The translations under genes and the position numbers were made by a program. This document shows positions 15,163 through 18,921 of a stretch of DNA of 18,921 nucleotides, piece after piece; within the stretch, counting starts at the first letter, position 1, and every line of letters begins with the position of its first letter. Under the pieces are notes generated by a model, which saw only the letters and a list, made by a program, of their open reading frames with translations, was not told the origin of the DNA and searched no databases. Source of the stretch: Nitrospirota bacterium (lineage in GTDB: Bacteria > Nitrospirota > Thermodesulfovibrionia > Thermodesulfovibrionales > Dissulfurispiraceae); contig JBFLWF010000036.1 in NCBI GenBank assembly GCA_040758355.1, positions 1 through 18,921 on the forward strand, read 5' to 3'.

Positions 15163-16782
15163 ATGAAGAAAAAATTGGCGGCAGAGGAGTTTGCCCATCC
15201 TTCATATAAATGGATAGGGGAAAGACGGTTTGTAATAAATACACAGAACTGGCATATCTCAAACTTCCCCGGTGGAATCGGTTTTTCCTTTTACAACTAT
15301 TCCAATGAAAAGGCATTGAAAGTAATCCTTAAAGTATACAGGGAAGACGGCGCCTGCGAATTCTATATAGTTGACACCTATTACTGCGGCGAATGGGGAG
15401 ACATTTGGCAGAAGTGGCAGACGCACAGGCTTCCCCTTTTTCCTTATGAAAGCTGTCACCGACGCATAAAATATATCACATTCTCTTATATAATCCACAA
15501 GGATGGCAGATCGATTCCATCAAAGTACGACTATAAATTTGCCACCCTCGATGACTTTCATAAAGGATGGATTGATCTCAGTGACTTCCATGACCCGTAT
15601 TTCAAAACAGAAAATAACTACTCCACATGTGAACTCAATCAGGAGGAATTACAGCAGGCGCTGAAAAGGATAAATAACGAATACGATAACCTCCCCATTC
15701 GCCCCTTCTTTACAAGAGGCAATACATGGGATACAGGTCATCCCGTCCACGAAATACACAGGCATATAGATTGGACTATAGAACGCAAAAGGAATGACCG
15801 CAGAGGCAGGCATTATATACTGATTGCAATGTTCGACTTCGATAATTATCATGTGGCAGAACATCTTATTTATGCAAAGAACAATGGTATCGATATAGAG
15901 TGTATTGCTGATTGGGCTTCCATAAGTTCTATGAACTGCACAGAAAATGTTGCGAGGATGAGACGTGCAGGGATTCCCATATATGGTGTAGTGCGAAACA
16001 CCCCGTGCAATTCATCGGAAGGCATTGCGAGCATGCATACAAAGTTTATCATCTTTGACGGAGAAATAGTCCATTCAGGCTCATACAATCTGCATTTTCA
16101 CCTCTGGGGCGGAAACTGGGAAAACGGGCTTGTTTATTACTCAAGGGATTTTGCCCTCCTTTACTCAAACATTTATAATGCCATAAGGGGAGGAGTTATA
16201 CAGAGACTGCATGTCGATCCACAGGAACGATATAACCTCTACTACAGTTTCGGCAGTTATTACACGTCATGGAGAGACTATTACCGGCCGCAGGATGCCA
16301 TTATAACAGAGATAAACAACGCAAGACATTCTATAATTGTGGCCATGTTCGATATTGACCATCTTACAGGTATATCATCCCACGATAGTCATGAAACCGA
16401 TGTAATAACAGCCCTTATCAATGCAAGGAATAGGGGGGTCAGGGTAAGGATAATAATGAATGGAATGGTCACCCATACCGGGCCTCTGCCGGAGCCGTGG
16501 GATAGGGATTTTCGCAGGCCATTAAAGGACCCTATCCAGCGGCTTAAAGACGCGTGGATGGAGGTTACTTACGTTTATTACTGGGAGAGCATATACTCTC
16601 CTTTACATCATAAGTTTGCGGTTTTTGATAATTACACGGTCATAACCGAGTCCTGCAACTGGTGTAGAGTAAGCACTTATTCGGATGAGGTCCTTTCAGT
16701 AATAAAGGACAGAAGAATAGCCATGGAGTTTATAAACGAGGCTGACAGGCTATGCAGATCCTTCAGACTTGGATGGGAATAG
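15163..16782 (+). CDS. Phospholipase D superfamily protein with two HKD motifs (Nuc-like) and an unknown N-terminal domain
   Basis: MHTKFIIFD...SGSYN (from 16036) and LHHKFAVFD...TESCN (from 16606). Also LIYAKNNGIDI, LINARNRGVRV and IxxAMF strands. No signal peptide or TM helix is evident. Confidence 0.88.
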   Translation: MKKKLAAEEFAHPSYKWIGERRFVINTQNWHISNFPGGIGFSFYNYSNEKALKVILKVYREDGACEFYIVDTYYCGEWGDIWQKWQTHRLPLFPYESCHRRIKYITFSYIIHKDGRSIPSKYDYKFATLDDFHKGWIDLSDFHDPYFKTENNYSTCELNQEELQQALKRINNEYDNLPIRPFFTRGNTWDTGHPVHEIHRHIDWTIERKRNDRRGRHYILIAMFDFDNYHVAEHLIYAKNNGIDIECIADWASISSMNCTENVARMRRAGIPIYGVVRNTPCNSSEGIASMHTKFIIFDGEIVHSGSYNLHFHLWGGNWENGLVYYSRDFALLYSNIYNAIRGGVIQRLHVDPQERYNLYYSFGSYYTSWRDYYRPQDAIITEINNARHSIIVAMFDIDHLTGISSHDSHETDVITALINARNRGVRVRIIMNGMVTHTGPLPEPWDRDFRRPLKDPIQRLKDAWMEVTYVYYWESIYSPLHHKFAVFDNYTVITESCNWCRVSTYSDEVLSVIKDRRIAMEFINEADRLCRSFRLGWE

Positions 16783-16831
16783 GTTTAGATTATGATAGAA
16801 TATTAAAAATAAATATTCACGGAAGGAGAAT

Positions 16832-18733
16832 ATGAAAAAGAGAGTTCTTACAGACTTTGATCTCCACCTTATAGGCGAGGGCACGCATTACAAGAATTAC
16901 GAAAAACTCGGAGCCCATGTTGTTGAGGTTAATGGAGCAAAGGGAGTCCACTTTGCTGTCTGGGCGCCTAATGCCAAAGGGGTAAGCGTTATCGGTGATT
17001 TTAATCACTGGGATGGAAAAAAGCATCCAATGAAGCTCCTCGGCGATTCGGGCATATGGGAGATATTTATTCCGGGCCTCGATGAGGGGGAATTATATAA
17101 GTTCGAAGTCAAATCAAAGTACAGGGGCTATAAGGAGCAAAAGGCAGACCCCTTTGCCTTCTATTTTGAGGTGAGGCCAAAGAGCGCTGCCATTGTATAT
17201 AACATAGAAAACAAGCACCAGTGGCAGGATGCTGAGTGGATGGAGATTAGAAGGAAGAAAAACTGGTTCGAATCTCCGGTTACTATTTATGAAGTGCATT
17301 TAGGCTCATGGATGCGTGTGCCAGAAGACAATAACAGGTTCCTTACATACAGAGAACTTGCGGATAAACTGATACCTTATGTCAAGGAACTCGGGTTTAC
17401 ACATATAGAGCTTTTGCCTATTTCAGAGCATCCCCTCGATGCCTCCTGGGGTTACCAGACTATAGGACATTTTGCACCAACGAGCAGGCACGGCAGGCCC
17501 GAAGACCTTATGTATTTTGTTGATAAATGCCACCAGAATGAAATCGGCGTAATAATAGACTGGGTTCCTGCCCATTTCCCGAAGGATGCCCATGGCCTCG
17601 GCTATTTTGACGGCACATGCCTTTATGAACATGAAGACCCGAGGAAGGGCGAACACAGGGATTGGGGAACGCTGATATTTAATTACGGAAGGAATGAAGT
17701 AACAAATTATCTGATCTCAAATGCCCTTTTCTGGCTCGAAAAATACCATATTGACGGATTGAGAGTGGATGCGGTTGCATCAATGCTATATCTCGACTAT
17801 TCAAGAGAACCGGGAGACTGGATACCAAATATCTACGGAGGCAATGAAAACCTCGAGGCAATAGATTTTTTAAAGAAATTCAACGAGGTCGTGCATCAAT
17901 ACCATCCCGGCGTTCTCACAATAGCCGAGGAATCTACGGCATGGACAGGTGTATCAAGGCCGACATACTTAGGCGGACTCGGCTTCAGCATGAAGTGGAA
18001 TATGGGCTGGATGCACGATACTCTGGAATATTTTTCAAAAGACTCTATCTATAGAAAGTACCATGCAAATAATTTGACATTTAGTATGCTCTATGCATTT
18101 ACTGAGAATTTTATTTTGCCCTTTTCCCACGATGAGGTTGTTCATGGCAAAAGGTCAATGCTGGATAAGATGCCGGGCGATATGTGGCAGAAATTCGCAA
18201 ATCTGAGGGCACTTTTAGGATACATGTACGGACATCCGGGGAAAAAACTTCTATTCATGGGATCTGAATTCGGCCAGTGGCGTGAATGGAATTTTGATGA
18301 AAGCCTTGACTGGCATTTGCTGCAACACGAGCCTCATAAAAAATTACAGAGATTTCTCTCTGATTTGAACAATCTTTATATAACAGAACCTGCAATGCAT
18401 GAGGTTGATTTTGAGTGGCACGGCTTTGAATGGATAGACTTCCATGACTCCGACAATAGCGTAATCTCGTTTATCAGAAGGGCAAAGAATCATGACGATT
18501 TCCTCGTATTTGTTTTTAATCTTACGCCGATTCCGAGGTTCGGATACAGGGTAGGGGTTCCGAGAGGCGGGTTTTACAGAGAAATTCTGAACAGCGATTC
18601 AGAGATATACTGGGGAGGCAATATAGGAAACGCCGGCGGTGTCTATGCCGATAATGTACCGTGCCATGCAAGACAATTCTCATTAAACCTCATTCTTCCT
18701 CCATTGTCTGTATTGATACTCAAGCCTGAATGA
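16832..18733 (+). CDS. glgB: 1,4-alpha-glucan branching enzyme (GH13, short N-terminus form)
   Basis: Motifs [66 protein letters not shown] and [18 protein letters not shown]. Confidence 0.97.
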   Translation: MKKRVLTDFDLHLIGEGTHYKNYEKLGAHVVEVNGAKGVHFAVWAPNAKGVSVIGDFNHWDGKKHPMKLLGDSGIWEIFIPGLDEGELYKFEVKSKYRGYKEQKADPFAFYFEVRPKSAAIVYNIENKHQWQDAEWMEIRRKKNWFESPVTIYEVHLGSWMRVPEDNNRFLTYRELADKLIPYVKELGFTHIELLPISEHPLDASWGYQTIGHFAPTSRHGRPEDLMYFVDKCHQNEIGVIIDWVPAHFPKDAHGLGYFDGTCLYEHEDPRKGEHRDWGTLIFNYGRNEVTNYLISNALFWLEKYHIDGLRVDAVASMLYLDYSREPGDWIPNIYGGNENLEAIDFLKKFNEVVHQYHPGVLTIAEESTAWTGVSRPTYLGGLGFSMKWNMGWMHDTLEYFSKDSIYRKYHANNLTFSMLYAFTENFILPFSHDEVVHGKRSMLDKMPGDMWQKFANLRALLGYMYGHPGKKLLFMGSEFGQWREWNFDESLDWHLLQHEPHKKLQRFLSDLNNLYITEPAMHEVDFEWHGFEWIDFHDSDNSVISFIRRAKNHDDFLVFVFNLTPIPRFGYRVGVPRGGFYREILNSDSEIYWGGNIGNAGGVYADNVPCHARQFSLNLILPPLSVLILKPE

Positions 18734-18739
18734 AAAACC

Positions 18740-18768
18740 TTGACGATTATCATATTATGTGTTATAGC
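18740..18768 (+). promoter_or_regulatory. Putative sigma70 promoter for a downstream gene
   Basis: TTGACG (18740-18745), 17 nt, TATAGC (18763-18768), with TG at the extended -10 position. Confidence 0.4.
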
Positions 18769-18921
18769 TTACTTAATAGATGCGATAAATATGCGAAGGC
18801 TGTTCAATAACAGCGAATAGTTTTTGACAAGGAGTTAACAAACTGGGCAAATCAGACAACAAGGCAATGCAAACCGCAACTACAGCACATAATAACCTCA
18901 AACAACGCGGCTTCAAGTCCG

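Noticed and set aside
12016..16782. Cassette as a recently inserted mobile island
   Set aside because: No integrase, flanking direct repeats or obvious compositional break was seen by eye. Horizontal origin remains untested.
238..17861. Remaining short alternative-frame or antisense ORFs in the track (e.g. 335-820, 853-1128, 7095-7526, 8259-8723, 11979-12176, 14534-14887)
   Set aside because: They overlap well-supported genes and lack recognisable motifs. 11979-12176 was considered as a Fic antitoxin, but it starts within the -10 box and has no inhibitory motif.
18800..18921. Possible c-di-GMP-I riboswitch (GGGCAAA...GCAAACC) or start of a CDS (MQTATTAHNN..., ATG 18867)
   Set aside because: The paired stems and tetraloop/receptor are not evident. 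The ORF is truncated at 18 codons with a poor SD, so neither call can be supported.
1..18921. CRISPR array, tRNA or rRNA
   Set aside because: No regularly spaced 25-40 bp repeats with unique spacers and no tRNA/rRNA signatures were seen.

Overview
Bacterial chromosomal window. Gene content and repeat style suggest an anaerobic Nitrospirota (Thermodesulfovibrionia-like) or deltaproteobacterial genome, which is an inference. From left to right it holds: the 3' end and right inverted repeat of an ISL3 element; a YfcE-type metallophosphoesterase; a ~170-bp MITE-like inverted-repeat element; a minus-strand PhoU-like / PflX radical SAM / beta-CASP nuclease operon; a signalling cluster (HDOD, small protein, HDOD paralog, atypical receiver-GGDEF); a minus-strand aroC-ald-slt-zapB-zapA operon, where aroC and slt carry small in-frame repeats; a divergently transcribed three-gene cassette; and glgB. 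The cassette (12016-16782) is the best candidate for an undescribed system. It encodes (1) a Bell-like helical domain + two HTH repeats + EEP phosphatase/nuclease, (2) a Fic protein with a variant motif and a C-terminus resembling a starch/glycogen-binding module, and (3) a cytoplasmic double-HKD phospholipase D/nuclease. All domain calls come from motif recognition by eye; no database searches were run.
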